From the NCBI RefSeq assembly GCF_001194135.2, contig NC_068995.1, forward strand, positions 16,842,752-16,906,751: 64,000 bases of DNA, given 5' to 3'. This DNA is from Octopus bimaculoides (lineage: Eukaryota). Every line of letters starts with the position of its first letter. The first letter of the stretch is position 1. Shown piece after piece: positions 12,462 to 25,754 of this stretch. A program made the position numbers and the translations under genes. The notes below the pieces were generated by a model. The model ran no database searches and was not told the DNA's origin. It was given only the letters and a program-made list of their open reading frames with translations.

Positions 12462-12680
12462 GTATGAATTAAGTTTACAATTATTACTTACAGCTATTCT
12501 TCAATGAGTTTATAATTTTTATTAATTCGATTCGTTGATTTGAATCATGGCGATTCGATATTTTCACAGCAGTCAAATAAATATCCAATCAAAATAATTC
12601 AAATCAACGAATCGAATTAATAAAAATTATCAACATACTGAAGAATAACTTGAAGTAATACTTCTACGCCTAATTCATAA
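12462..12680. repeat. Fold-back palindrome / MITE-like element
   Basis: 12512-12545 is the exact reverse complement of 12597-12630 (34 bp). Imperfect pairing extends about 50 bp further on each side. The spacer is 51 bp. Confidence 0.9.
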
Positions 12681-13141
12681 TTAACTCTTATGATCGATGA
12701 AATATAAATACAATATATAATAAACTATGGTAGCACGCTTCCCATGAACACCAATTTGAATAAATAACTAAATAAAATAAAACTATAATTAAAAAAAACA
12801 AACTAACTGTATTACTCTGCATGAAGTTAATTGAGGAGATGCGAACCCAGAATGGAATGACTCAAAGTTATGAAAGAAACATGTAGAACTCAGCAGCACC
12901 AGAAAGAAATAAACCGACACGAGACAAAAATGTGGACAAATTAAGCAAAGGGCTAGACTTTGCCCTTCAAGTCTTGAAAATTAAACAGAAAATGTATAAT
13001 TAGATACGAGAGGAATATGTTTAGATTCCACATGTATTTTTTGCGGCTATTCTCTCCCTGAAAACGGAATTACAGTAATATTGCTGTATAAAATTTGAGT
13101 GGAAATTGCTTGAATCCAAACGTAACGCTGGATAACAATAG

Positions 13142-13159
<18 letters not shown>

Positions 13160-13177
<18 letters not shown>

Positions 13178-14480
13178 AATCGAAATTCATCAGCTGAAAG
13201 AAAAAATAACTACGTAATGTACTCTGAGGTATGAACACAAAAGAAATAACAAAGGTAAACTTATTCAGGATGTAAACCGCTGATACAGACATGGACATGC
13301 AAATCAAACAAAATAAAATAGGAACACATATAAGAAATACATCCTAGGTCACCAACAGCGTTTTGAACAACAAAATCTGAACCAGAAAATCACTAAACAA
13401 AATATAAATATAAAAGAATATGAGAAGATCTGGGAGCATAAAATTGTTAAAGAGGAAACTATGAACAGTCGGAAATAAATTATAAAAGAACATAGATCTA
13501 CCTTTTAGAGTAACGAAAGTATGTTCGAGGATAAAACACAACGATAAAATAGAACTATAAAAACGCAAAGCTAGCTATCACGGCCTTACCAAAAACGGAA
13601 ATGAACATCATTATCACTAGGTTAAATGAAATATATGCAATAGCCACTGAAGTTACAAAGAAAGTAGGTCATATAGGACTATCGAAATACTGCAAACAAC
13701 ATGAAATATAAACCTAAAAAATTGTGAATAAAATTGTAAAGATATAGGCATGAAGAAGTTGATGTAATCAAAGAACGTCTGAAACAAGAGATCTTCACCA
13801 AATCGTAAAGAATATGCGCATAGGGAGAGAGAGAGAGAGAACGATTCTTTGAACAAAAAAGCAACATATCCAATAGAAAAATATCTATATCAGCAACAAG
13901 AGAAAACTAAATTATATCCAGAAGCACCAATAGTAGATGTAGAATAATTTCAAGGGAGAGTGTGAGCAATGCTTGACCAAGAACAGTTTTCAAAACAGAT
14001 CATCTGAAAAATCAAGGGAGAGGATAAGAAAATAAGTAGGAACTGAAACAATACAATAAGACAAACACCAGAAGACAAGGATTTCTGGTTAAAATATTCA
14101 ACAGAGATATAAATGACAATTAATGTGTTACAATATATTGATAGAGTGGTGTATTGAGCTGTCTATCACAATGTGGTGAAGTATATCTCATCATAATTCT
14201 TCTCCCGAAGAAACAAATCTTTAAACTAAAGAATAGATACATACTCCAACTTTCAGCGTTCTGTAACACTTATCAAGCAAAATTTTGTAGATTGTGCTAT
14301 AGGTAGACACAGAAGGACCTGAGCAGAGGAAGGAATGGCTATCAGAAGTCTTTTGATAGTTTGCCTGAGCAAAGCGGCATCAATAATAAACAGATACAGT
14401 AAATACATAAATAAATCAATGACAAATTTGCAGATAGACAACCGTCAGAATTATAAAGACTAATGCCCTCATAATAAGAA
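13160..14480 (+). mobile_element. R4/Dong-like (restriction-like endonuclease) non-LTR retrotransposon, highly degenerate pre-RT/RT fragment
   Basis: Ordered fragments across frames: VIKERLKQEIFTKS*RI..RFFEQK, YPEAP, TPEDKDFWLKY (cf. KSPG.D...FWLK), IILLPKKQIFKLKNRY (cf. T.LLPK.....KNYRPI) and GYQKSFDSLP at 14337-14366 (cf. DY.KAFDSVPH). Confidence 0.7.
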
Positions 14481-14619
14481 AGCGGAACAAAAACTAAGCC
14501 AAAAGAGTACTCTTCTAATCCTTTTATTTATGTCTGCTGTTAATATCTTTGATTAGTATGTTAAACTCTGCAGGCCTTGGATACAAATGATGTAGAAAAA
14601 CCAACACGAAATACACTTT

Positions 14620-15040
14620 TCCGAACGTTTTTCAGTTTCAGTTAACCAAGAAGCTTACCACTTCCTTTAGGCAGTGGTCTAGGGTTATTTTGATAATCTT
14701 TTTTCTTCTCAATATATCGTCTGCCATCATTCTATTCGTCTGCATGATATCCCCTTCGTTTTCCTTCAGCTTTTTCAACCTCTCCAAGAAGCCGTTTCGA
14801 CCAGCCTTGATGGCCCGGTTTTTCCAATGAGACGACTCTCTTTTTGTAGGGTCTTCAACTTCTTGTTTGCTTCTTGTCTACACTCACTTTCTTTTATCCT
14901 ATTTTCTAGTCTTTCTAACTTACGACAATTCTTCAAGTCTTGATCTCCTCACAGTCTCCGCAAGTTAATCTGATTTTTGTTTGTCGTAAGCCCTTGATGC
15001 TGGTGAAGCTCGGGCATATTCCAGATGTTGGTGTTATCAT
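14620..15040 (-). mobile_element. Possible non-LTR retroelement N-terminal fragment with a degenerate zinc finger
   Basis: GICPSFTSIKGLRQTKIRLTCG resembles the C..(G)..F...KGL..H..R..C finger at the N-terminus of HERO/NeSL-like ORFs. The downstream frames are Lys/Arg/Glu-rich and interrupted. Confidence 0.3.
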
Positions 15041-15199
15041 TACATACATATATAATACATACATACATACATACATACGCACATATATACATACATAGAT
15101 ACACACATGAATGTATACAGTCATGCATATGTGTATACATAGATACATGCCTACATATATAAAAGCAAATTTTGTCCAGACAAAAGTATTTTTATACTT

Positions 15200-15360
15200 T
15201 GTGCAGTAACACTTTGGAGGGCTCACTGATTGTGTCAGCTACCCCTCTTCCTGCTTTGCCATAGCTGTAACTCTTTTTGTAGTTAACCTTGAGATCAATA
15301 AAAACTGAGCAGTCCTATGATCAAAGCCTTTCCAATCGTAACCATCTCGTCTTTTTTAGT
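15200..15360 (-). mobile_element. SINE family D 3' part
   Basis: atgatcaaagcctttccaatcgtaaccatctcgtc, also seen at 59975-60010. Confidence 0.5.
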
Positions 15361-16070
15361 ATGCAAGAATTTATTCATTATCTAATTTATTGAGACTTTT
15401 TGTTTGCGCAAAATTTTTATATTGATTTCTTTGTGTAAGCATTGTGTTTGCCAATAATTAAACATATACACACATAAGTACACACGCATACACGCACACA
15501 CATACATGCACACACGCACATACATACACACACGCACACATACACACACGCGCACAGAATTTATTATTCATTCTTTCTATTATTTTTAATTACTGCTTAT
15601 TGGTATCGAAGCCTTTGGCCAAATTCCTATGAAATGATCACTGATCTATGTCGTGGCATATATTCATAAGCAGATAATAAGAAAGCGTAGATAATAATAA
15701 TTATAGTAACAATAAAATAATTATGATGCTAATAATAATAATTACCGTAATGTGTTCGTGTATTTAATTATTAGGAAGGATGACTTTTCCAACTGGTCTT
15801 AGGATCAAAACTGTTGCCAAAACTATAATCATATCCTACTTTTGGCATAGAAACAAAATTTTATGGAGAAGATAATTGAGACTGAGTGATACCCATATTT
15901 TTGGTATGTTGCTGGGTCCTGGCATTAACAGTGTATTTAATGAAAAGCGATTTCTGATTGAAGTGAAACCGGCGCGCTGATACGTCAGAGGAAGGGAGAG
16001 CTTGTCTCCTTCTCATCTGGTCTTGTTTTACAAAGACGTAACCTAATTTAATTGTTTATAATCTTAATAT

Positions 16071-16272
16071 TGGCCTCAAATTTTGGCACTTTTGGGGGAA
16101 GGAGTAAGCTGATTACATCCACCCCAGTGTTCAGCTGGTACTTATTTCACCGTCCCCGAACGGATGAAAGGCAATGTCGACCACGGCGGAATCTGAACTC
16201 AAAACGTAAAGACGGACGAAATGCCGCCAAGCATTTTGACCGGCGTGCTAACAATTCTGCCAGCTTGCTGCC
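16071..16272 (-). mobile_element. SINE family A, near full length
   Basis: tcaaattttggcac...catccaccccagtgttcagctggtactt...gtcgaccacggcggaatctgaactcaaaacgtaaagacggacgaaatgccgccaagcatttt...gccagcttgctgcctt. Confidence 0.92.
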
Positions 16273-17574
16273 TTCTATAGGTTTAATATTACTGTTAAAT
16301 AGTATTTCGTGTAACACATCTTTAGTTTTATAAGACGAAAGTGTGAAATATCCAAAATGGAAACATGAAGTCAGTATGGCAGAATTTCTAAAAGAAAGCG
16401 AAAAAAAAAAACAAAAAATGAAAAACAACAAAAATACATAGGATAAATATATAAATAAGAAACTAACAACAAAAATGAATCTTATTTCCGATTGATCCTT
16501 CCATTATTGAGCTATCTACTAGAGTCCTTAAACATAGTAATTGATTCAAGAAATAAAGAATCACCTACAAAGGAATGGACGACAAAAATATAATTCGATA
16601 GAAGTCGATGTTTTAGTATTTTGGCTTCTATTGGCAAAGTCACGAAAGTTGAATGGCTTCCGATTCGACAAAGAATGGGTTCAGTAAAAGGAAGATAACA
16701 AAGCCAAAGAAAACAATAGCAGCAGATGTCTTTCTCTGTAATCACGTGAGAGCAGTCTTGTTGATATCTAACTTTTTAAAACTTCCCGTCATGCAACAGT
16801 GATCAACATCTAAAGGAGAGAAATAGCACTATAATGTGCAAATTTATTTCGATAATGTTATTTTTTGTTGCTGGTTTATTTTTATATATTATATATTTTC
16901 TCCGAGTTCTTCACACCGCAGACACTTTTTCCCACGCGACTTCTTTAAGAAAATCTTTAAGCCGGATGCAGCTGGTTAATAGAAGAATTAGAAATAATTT
17001 GGCAGACAATAGCTACATTGTCAGTGATACCGTTTGTTAAGTGGCACTAATAATGGTATAACAGTTTGCATTTTTTTCTTATCTTCATAGTTTTATTGTC
17101 AGAATAAGGTGATCTAATGAGAGTAAATTTGCGAAATATTTGCAATGTTGATCCATCTACACTTCACCGAGAGCTTTTTTTAAACAGTAAACAATCTATT
17201 ACATACTTCTGTGGCACGCTTAGGTATGGTCGTATTGCACAATCATAGTTGATACGTGTGTGTGAGTGTGTGCATGCGTATGTATTTGTGTGTGCATGTA
17301 TGTTTGCCTGTATGGATATGGTTCTGTTTGTGTGTCTGTTTGTCTGCCTCCATCTCTGTCTGTCTCTTTCTCTCTCTCTTTTTCTCTCTCTATCTATCAG
17401 TCTATCCATCCATCTATCTATCTATCTTTCTGTATATTGTATGTGTGTATTTATGTATGTATGTACCACAAAATATGTCAGGTCACTTATGAGCCTCTCA
17501 TAAATGCTACTGGTAACATGGAATCCAGTACAACCTGTTGCAGTACAACCTGTTGCAGTACAACCTAGCAACCT

Positions 17575-18065
17575 GGTTAGGAGGGTTGCTAGAAACCCAG
17601 CAGAATTTTAAAAAAGACCTTCGGAAAGGTCGGATGAACCTAGTTCAGGCTCAACGGCTATCTAGCAATAACATGGGTATGCAAAAATTCCGGGAGGATG
17701 AAATCCATAGACGGCTGAACAGGGTGGTCCCATTGCCGACAACTCGTGTGGAACTGGAGGCAACTTTCCTCAGGGTATGGGCACATACCCCTCGCTATAC
17801 AAAATGGTTTCGTATTTCTTTAATTGGTTTGTTACCACTTCCAATTCTTTTCCTTTCTAAACCGGGCGCAACCTCAAAACTCCTTTCTCTTCCTCAGTTC
17901 CACCTCCATATTGTTCACACATTGTAGGAGCTCGTTCCCCGACGAAGATCGAGTCTCTTCGAAGTTTGTCTTCATGATAGATATCAAACGTTTCACTCCC
18001 TCAAGCAAGGTGGGGACAACGACGACATTTCCACTAGCACCGGAGAAACAAGGTTTCTTTTAAAA
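17575..18065 (-). mobile_element. Probable L1/Tx1-like ORF1 fragment, degenerate
   Basis: One long frame with few stops: ...DSIFVGERAPTMCEQYGGGTEEEKGVLRLRPV*KGKELEVVTNQLKKYETILYSEG... It has an ORF1 RRM-like 'L.KYG.I' motif and is GC-richer than its flanks. Confidence 0.35.
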
Positions 18066-18171
18066 CGCAACAACATATTTAACAAAAGCAACAACGCGAG
18101 ACAAGCAATTAAGCTTACCAGCCTTGTAACTTTGAAACACCACGTCCGAATTCAAAAATGGGGGAAATTTC

Positions 18172-18900
18172 GAATTGTTTCTATATTACCCACAAAGGGC
18201 TAACACAGATGGGACACCAAAACACATGTGGGGACATATAAAACAAAAAATAAAAAAAAATAAAAACAATTCAATTATGATAATATGTATAATTCATGAA
18301 AATGAGTAAATAAAAATGAGCTGCTAGCCCCACGTCTCGCAACATCACTTACTTCTTTTTAAATCCTGATACTTTTAGAACGTCCAGATTAAAATTTTCT
18401 TGTAGCTCTTCGTACCCTATTCTTGCCGGTGGTCCTTTTTATATCCATATCCATCTTCCAACACTTATATCCCTTTTTATATTAAACAATTACATCCCTT
18501 TGACATTGCGACACCAAAAGACACATGTCCAAACCCACGACACATGCTTCTCATTCCATACCCACAAATTTTTCCGGTCTCCAACCAGTTACCTCATTAA
18601 TCAGTTCCTCCTGTGCATCTATCATTAAAACGCATACATATCCTACTTCTCTGGGGAGGGGATTTTTTGTATTTTGTGTCTGTTTCTCTTCTTTTTTCTT
18701 TTTATTTTGTAAAGGAAGGGAACGGGTGGGTTTGGTGTCTGTGGGGAGAGGGTGGGTCTGAGAGGGTGTGAGTGAGGTGTGTGTGGCTTGGGGTTCCATT
18801 TCGTACTGACCTTTCTTCCATTTCTTTTTTCTTTTCTCAGCCAATGTCCACACTCCCTCTCTCTCTCTTTTTCCTCCATTTTCCCCTCTTGTTTCTTTTT
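18172..18900 (-). mobile_element. L1/Tx1-related element: ORF C-terminus and 3' end
   Basis: ORF 18551-18853 (..NPLPREVGYVCVLMIDAQEELINEVTGWRPEKFVGME) continues through stops. It ends in gtcccatctgtgttagccctttgtgggtaatatagaaac, which resembles the 3' tail I recall for octopus L1/Tx1 elements and their SINE partners. Confidence 0.5.
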
Positions 18901-19515
18901 GTATACAAAAGCAGAGTTATTGTAAATGTATTTCATGTAGGCATCATTAAAAAACAAACTAGTAACCGTTTAATATACGGTTGTTACTATGGCTGTTATA
19001 TACGGAAACAATTTGGAATTGTTGGGCAAATTACATAACACATTAAGTAGACATATTTGAAGTTTGCTTGCCATCTGACAGACCCTATCAAAAATATCTC
19101 TAAACGCATTCCATCTGTAACTATCTCATTTTTTAGGAGAATATTGAATCATATTCTTATGTGTTTCTAATTTTTATTTTGAAGATAATGATGTGATTTC
19201 AGGGATATCTAGCAACGGCATATTTCAGGCCAAGGGGCTATGTAAAAGCTCCTTCATTTTGTTTTCGTTTCATTATAACTTGCTTACTGAAATTCAATGC
19301 AGATGAAAGAGGAAGTTGTTGTAGAGATTAAATATGATTTCAAAGAAGAAATAATTGAAGAGTCGGAGTGGGCGATGACAAACCAATAGATATGGGTGCA
19401 AAAAAACAAAGAATTAAGAAGGAATTAGGACCATATACAGGAAGAAAAGAAAGAATGAGAAACTGCAATGAAAGAAAAAGAGTGGGAATGTCAAAGACAT
19501 AGAAAATAGCCTTAT

Positions 19516-19613
<98 letters not shown>

Positions 19614-21226
19614 ACGTGTTGATACGTTTATGTATGTTTGTGTGTGAGGGTGTGTGTGTATATATGCAATAGGTAAGTGTGTATGTATGTGTGGGCGAGC
19701 GTTTGTGTGTGTGTCTCATTACTTTCCAAACAGATAAATAAAGAAACTAGTGACGCATGAAGTCTGGCTTAAACACATAGCCTGCTTAACATATGATAGG
19801 TTGCATATATTTCTTAAACGTAGTGTACAATATTTGCTATGTATTCAAAAACCTTACTCACTATCGTCGGAAAGAGCAGCTTTTATGTCACTGAACAGTG
19901 ATTTTTATCTAAGGTCTTCCAAAGACGAATCCAGAGAATGTGATACGGATTGCCATTTAGTTGTGAAAGATGCATCATGTTAAATTCCTTTCACGCTGTG
20001 GCATCACACATTAAATGCTATATAAATGCAGATCGGATGTGCTGGCAGCGGCAATTAACTGAAGCTAGTACTTTTGATGAGAAAATAATATATTAATCAC
20101 AAAGATGGTATCTATAAGGGAAGGCAGTTTGCAATGTTGCCAAAAGGTTATAAGACCGGAAGTTATTAACGAAGCAATTATCGGCCGTTTGGGAAGAAGT
20201 CAGATAAAAATGGACACAATTACAGCATGAATTTGATAGCATAGTAAGGTCTAGTTGATAGATTCTCTGATAAATATATAATCAAAGGCACTTTTCTGTT
20301 TACGAAATTTAATGCTAATTGCTGCATTATTAGATATATTTCTTATCAGTCATTATCGAAGCCAAACAAAGATTAAAAGCAATGTCTCTCCCAGAAAAAA
20401 AAAAATGATATTAAAAGGGTTAAAATGAAAATTGTAAGCAAACTTTAAATTAAATTTGCGTGGAGGTTTTAAAGAATGAAAGCGGCATGTTGAAATGAGA
20501 CTTGAAATATTTGCACGGCTATGTCAAAAGTCTCTCCTGTATGTGTGAGAGAAACAATACAATAAACGAGACTTGGCGCTGCAGTTTCTATTTTCATCTC
20601 ATGTTAATTCATTTTACGTGCACCAATAATAATGTTGGGAAAGGCATCACTACCACAGTTCACCGTTTCTCATGTAAAGCATAATACAATTGTATTGTAT
20701 TTATTATCAAAATGAACTATTTTTCTGTATTTAATGTCGTAAAGAACCGACGCCGCAACTTAAAGTTCATCCTCGAAATATGAAAGATTTTTTTGTGGCG
20801 AATGGAGAAAGAACAACAAACTAAATAAATATCCGTGCATTTTATGTTGTTATTTAGGTCTAGATAATAAAAAACCTACTAGACATGAACATCTATCTTT
20901 TTGTACATCAAGGACTATTTTGTTTAGTGTGTACCGTAGTTTTTAAGACGCTAGAGTGGGATTTAAGGACGAGGTAGCAGTTACTTCTCGCAGGTCGGAT
21001 AACCAAATGGAGGCAACACTATTGGCACGTTTTTTAATGACATCCATAAAAAAAAGGACATGATCCTGGTAAGGTAGCGTGAATAGAACATTTCAGATGG
21101 AACGCATACTCTTCTATATTATCTCAACACAGTTATTTCAAATATTAAATACTTGACATATTTGAAAGGTGTGAGAAGAATAATACTTCTAACAACCCTC
21201 TAGTGACCTTAATGTTTGCACACTGT

Positions 21227-21435
21227 AAAGCGGTGAGCTGGCAAAATCGTTAGCACATTGAGTAAAACACACTTAACTTTCGTCGGTCTTTACGCTCTGA
21301 GTTCAAATTCCTCCGAGGTCGACTTTGCCTTTCATAGTCTCAGAATCGATAACATAAGCACAAGCTAAACAGTGGAATCGATGAAATACCTACTTCCCGG
21401 TATTTGCTGGCCTTGTGCCAAAATTTGAAACCAAT
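21227..21435 (+). mobile_element. SINE family A, full length
   Basis: aaagcggtgagctggcaaaatcgttagcac...ctgagttcaaattcctccgaggtcgactttgcctttcat...gctggccttgtgccaaaatttgaaacc; the head is tRNA-like, with a B-box-like gagttcaaat. Confidence 0.92.
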
Positions 21436-23919
21436 AATTACATGCTATGGTATTAAAAATGTTATAGAGGCCAAAATTTCTAATCCAAACACTTTATGTC
21501 ACCAACGTTAAAATATGGAATCTCTTAGACAGAAACTAAAATACCCACGTGCAGCTCGTTAATGATGCAGTCGAACGTTTACGTTAAAGACAAATAAACC
21601 GATACTGTAATGAATGTTAAATCTTCGGTGTTATTTTTCTTCTGGATAAACCCTTAAAAGAAATGCTGAACATGACGGTTTACCAAACCCCTTTTGTAAG
21701 CAAATAAGCTTTCGCATTATAAAAATTATTCCGGCTATTTTTTAGAAGGTCTTTTATCAAAAGATGAATCTCTGTGAGATTTCTCAATTTGGTATGGTGG
21801 ATATATCAGCCAACTCTTTTAAAAATCATACCTCACTGTCTTAGAAGAACTGTAGTGATTGTTTCTCTTGGTTCTGTAGTAGCACTGTAGCATTATCAAA
21901 AATCTACCAAAATCTACCAAAAACTATATCGTTGGATGAGCTCGTGCCAATGTCACCGATTAACTTCCTTCAGACTTTCTGTTAGCTATAGTTTTGCAAA
22001 AGTAGAGTAAAAGCAGAATTCTTTTTTTTCCTTCAGAATATCAAGGTATCACTGTCTGAAGCAGATACTTGAGATCATTTTCCATAACCATTTTCTTTTT
22101 CAATATTTATAAGACGTATTCAAGCTATGTAAAAAACAGAAAGTTAGCTGCCTTAGGTTCTATACGAACCCGCAACCGACAGATCATAATTAGAGTCTTA
22201 TAGCTACTATAGCCTTTATTTACTTTATCTTTGTTATTGTGTTTAGATTTAGAAATACATGAGTAGCGGAGGAACTCTAAAACAACTGCGTTTAACCTTT
22301 CCCAAGAGTATCCACTTAATTTTCAAACAAAATGAAGACTTATGCTGTTGGCCAATTCTATATTAGATATATTATTAAGAGGTTATCAATGTTACATAAT
22401 TAGGATGCAATCACTGTATAGGTGAACCTTTCTGAATTTCCCATGGTTAACATTAATCATAAACGCATATGGTTTGCTGGTCAATTAGCTTTAGTATTGT
22501 CGATAATTCTACAATAGGTTGTCAAATATCACCAGAACTTGTTATCTACACAACAATACACTAAATATCGCAATTAGACAGGTTTTCTCACCGTTTCTAA
22601 GAGGTTAGATCACATTACTAGCAGTCGAGATAAAACAAGTCATTTAGATGCTGATTTATCATCTATTCAAGATTCAGTGTAGTTTATATCCTTGATACAG
22701 ACTCATATCTGAATGGCCTAGAGCATAAAGCTGAAAATTGTCTGCATGGTAGGAATTCAACATTAAATGCAACAATGAGTAAATAGTAAATGTTTCCTGA
22801 GCCATGAAAGTATTTTAATTTCAGGTCATAAGACAAAAGGCTCCCTGGATAGGGCGCCAAAATAACAGTAAAATGAATTTAAGCAAAGCAAAATTAAATT
22901 TCTTTCCGGAAAATATATAAACACGTTCAGCAGATATTTTTCTTCGTGACACATGCACAACTAAATCAATATAGCATTTGGCAAAACCGTATCATCTCTA
23001 CCATGATGAGAAAACAACTTTCCTATTTTCTGATGGGCAAAACGTCAATAAATTTACGTATTTGTTTCTGAATGGCATAACACGAAGAAAATTGAGATAA
23101 ACCCAGTTTCTGGTGTGAGGATGGATAATGAATAGAACATAACCAAGTATCGTCCATGCTATACTGATATTTTTCACGTAAACAGCGAATTATGCATAGC
23201 AATCATTACACTATAATCATTATCACCGCTATCGCTGTCACCGTCGTAGGCAATATAATCATTCATTTCGTCTGAATAAGACATTCTTCAGAAGTCTTGA
23301 CCTATTGTCATTCATTAGTGTTTTATATGGAATTAAGTTAGAGGTATGCCTCTGTATGGAGCATCCACAGGTGTATGGCCGCAGTTAATGTTCTTGAATA
23401 GCCGCGAGGCAGAGAGAAAAAAAAAGGTAAACGAGAAATTTCTACAAAACCAATTGGTTACGCACACATTCACACGGAGCGTCAGATACATAAACAGACA
23501 AAGCAAACACAAACATATACATAGAAATGTACATATGTGTGTGCGCATATTGTGACAGGTAAATAGATAGACACAGACCTCACAAGTGGTGTCTCATCTG
23601 ATTTAACTGAGACATTGATAACTGAATTAGAACGTAGTTCAGCCCAAGGAGAATGTTTATGTGAAATAATAAAGAGAACAAACGTATTTTGAATCTCTTG
23701 TCTTGTGGTGGCCTGCAGTTGGGCTGGCCCGGTGCATGTGAACCTTCTTCAGCACTGTCTCAATGACATGTGATGGCCCATGCCCACCCCTGCTTTCGAC
23801 TACATGGCTAGACCTGGAATGAATTGATGCGGTATCCTGTTGCCTTCTCCAGGCAGGTAGGATTCGAACTCAGAATATAGAGAACCAAAAGTTATTCCAT
23901 AAAGCGTTTCTGTTACTCA

Positions 23920-24040
23920 CCACACCGGTGGAACAACGTGAATGAAGTGTTTTGTTCAAGATCACAACGCACCGCCCAGTAGTTGAATCAAACCCACGAG
24001 AAGTAGAGCAACATTGAAACCACTAGGCCACGCACCAAGT
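23920..24040 (-). mobile_element. SINE family C (tRNA head plus CORE-like segment), degenerate
   Basis: ggaacaacgtgaatgaagtgttttgttcaagatcacaacgc...aaccactaggccacgc, similar to 29940-30055 and 58430-58545. Confidence 0.6.
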
Positions 24041-24861
24041 GATTATTCTTACATCTTGAATATAGTCATATAAAGAAATATATGTTTATACGTAGCATAG
24101 AATGACCCTACGGGACGTCTGGATTTTTCTGCTAGTACTAGCTTCTTTAGCCGGCCATGAAGTCTTGAACATAAAGAGAAAAGAACGTGCAACGGAAGTG
24201 TAACAATCTCGCCGATGTATACATGAATGTATGTGTGTGTGTGTGTGTGTTGCAAACACGTACACAGGCACATATATACTCAAGACGGGAATCGAAATAC
24301 TTAAGAAGTATAAAGCTCTGTAGTTATGCAAATCACTTATATATGTAGAAAACAGAACCAGACACGCATACCATGTTCTATGATACATATCAAAATACGT
24401 ACCTCGAATTCAGACCATTAAATGTGTCGCAGTATGTCATCTACTCTTGTGAGACAAAAAGCGAATGGATGTTTTTCATGTATATTTCTGTTACATTGTA
24501 ATAAATTCAGATCACTTCTGAAACATTGTTTTCCCACAAAATCGTTTAAACTCATTGGGTAAATAAATAATACGCTGATGAATTTTCACCTTTATACAAG
24601 ATACACATAGATGAAGGTTCGTGGATTACTCTAAATTTCACCTCGTGGAAACTGTCTCTTTTAAAAACTGTATTAGTAAAAGAAAAAATTCTAGGAGTAT
24701 GATACGAAACATAAAACAAGATCAACAACTAGCAACGATCAACTGGGTACTATTTACATATAAATGTATAGCTCCTCATCAAAAACTTAAAGACACCCGG
24801 ATACAAATATCATTTCATGTAATGGAAAGGGTACATAATATTAAAAATTTTGCTATTAAAC

Positions 24862-25025
24862 CCAAGCGTGGCTCTGTGGTAAGAAGTTGGCTTCTCAGTC
24901 ACATGGTTCCTGATTCAGTCACACTGCGTAGCATTTTGGGCAATTGTCTTATGCTATAGCCTCGGGCTGACCAAAGCCTTGTAAGTAGATTTGGTAGGCA
25001 GAAACTGAAAGAAGCCCGTCGTGTA
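24862..25025 (+). mobile_element. SINE family B 5' half
   Basis: gtggctctgtggtaagaagtt...ggttcctgattcagtcacactgcg...ttgggcaattgtctt...ctatagcctcgggctgaccaaagccttg...aaagaagcccgtcg. Confidence 0.88.
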
Positions 25026-25029
25026 TGTA

Positions 25030-25155
25030 TTCTTCGAAACTCCGGTGTTTTAATGGTGGCAGCTGATGAAGGAGATGTTTCTATGTGGCTTGCTTGTTTG
25101 TGGTACCTTGTTTATCATTTTGTCCATGTTCTTTTGCCACGTCATGTACCCAGTT
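25030..25155 (+). mobile_element. Penelope-like/hammerhead-motif short element (family H), truncated
   Basis: cGAAAc, then 28 nt later CTGATGAagg, then a T-rich tract and tgtaccc. Confidence 0.45.
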
Positions 25156-25259
25156 ATGTATCTATGTGTACATGTAGATGAAGGTATGTACATACATGTA
25201 CATATATATGCATATACTCATATATTGTTTATATATNNNNNNNNNNNNNNNNNNNNNNN

Positions 25260-25470
25260 TATATCAAGGGTAGGAGATAAAGAATACAAGCAGAAATCCA
25301 ACAAAACCCAACACATGGACAAATAGACGACAACATAGCAAACGGTGAACAAGACGAAAACAATGTACACGGATCATTCGCAGCCGGTTTGCTCTTCAGT
25401 CAGTGTCCGGAAAGTCCCTGCAGTTTCGCACTTTTCTATCACTGAGACTGTTCGAATTATTTACAGAAGG
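25260..25470 (-). mobile_element. Family H-like element
   Basis: Minus strand: gcGAAActgcag, then 28 nt later CTGAAGAg, then a T-rich tract ending in tcctaccc next to (TA)n. Confidence 0.4.
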
Positions 25471-25754
25471 TAAATAATTGTACATTTACACATACAAATA
25501 ATTAAATAACAGAAAGGGTCTGTCGACTATCGGACGAACGTTATGTTATAAAATAATAATGCAAGTGCAACAGAGAAAGAATTATACGTATACACTGGAC
25601 AAATGTCTTTTGGTCATACAACAAAAGAGAAATGAACGTGCAATTATAACATAAATAACAGAAAGGGTCTTTCAACTATTAAACAAACGTTGTAAGTTGG
25701 TGCAAAGGAAAATGGAAAGTCTAACCAGACCGATCAGGAAGACAAACTTGTGTA

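Noticed and set aside
20994-21069. Acceptor/donor pairs here and at 31407-31478
   Set aside because: All three frames contain stops and there is no other support.
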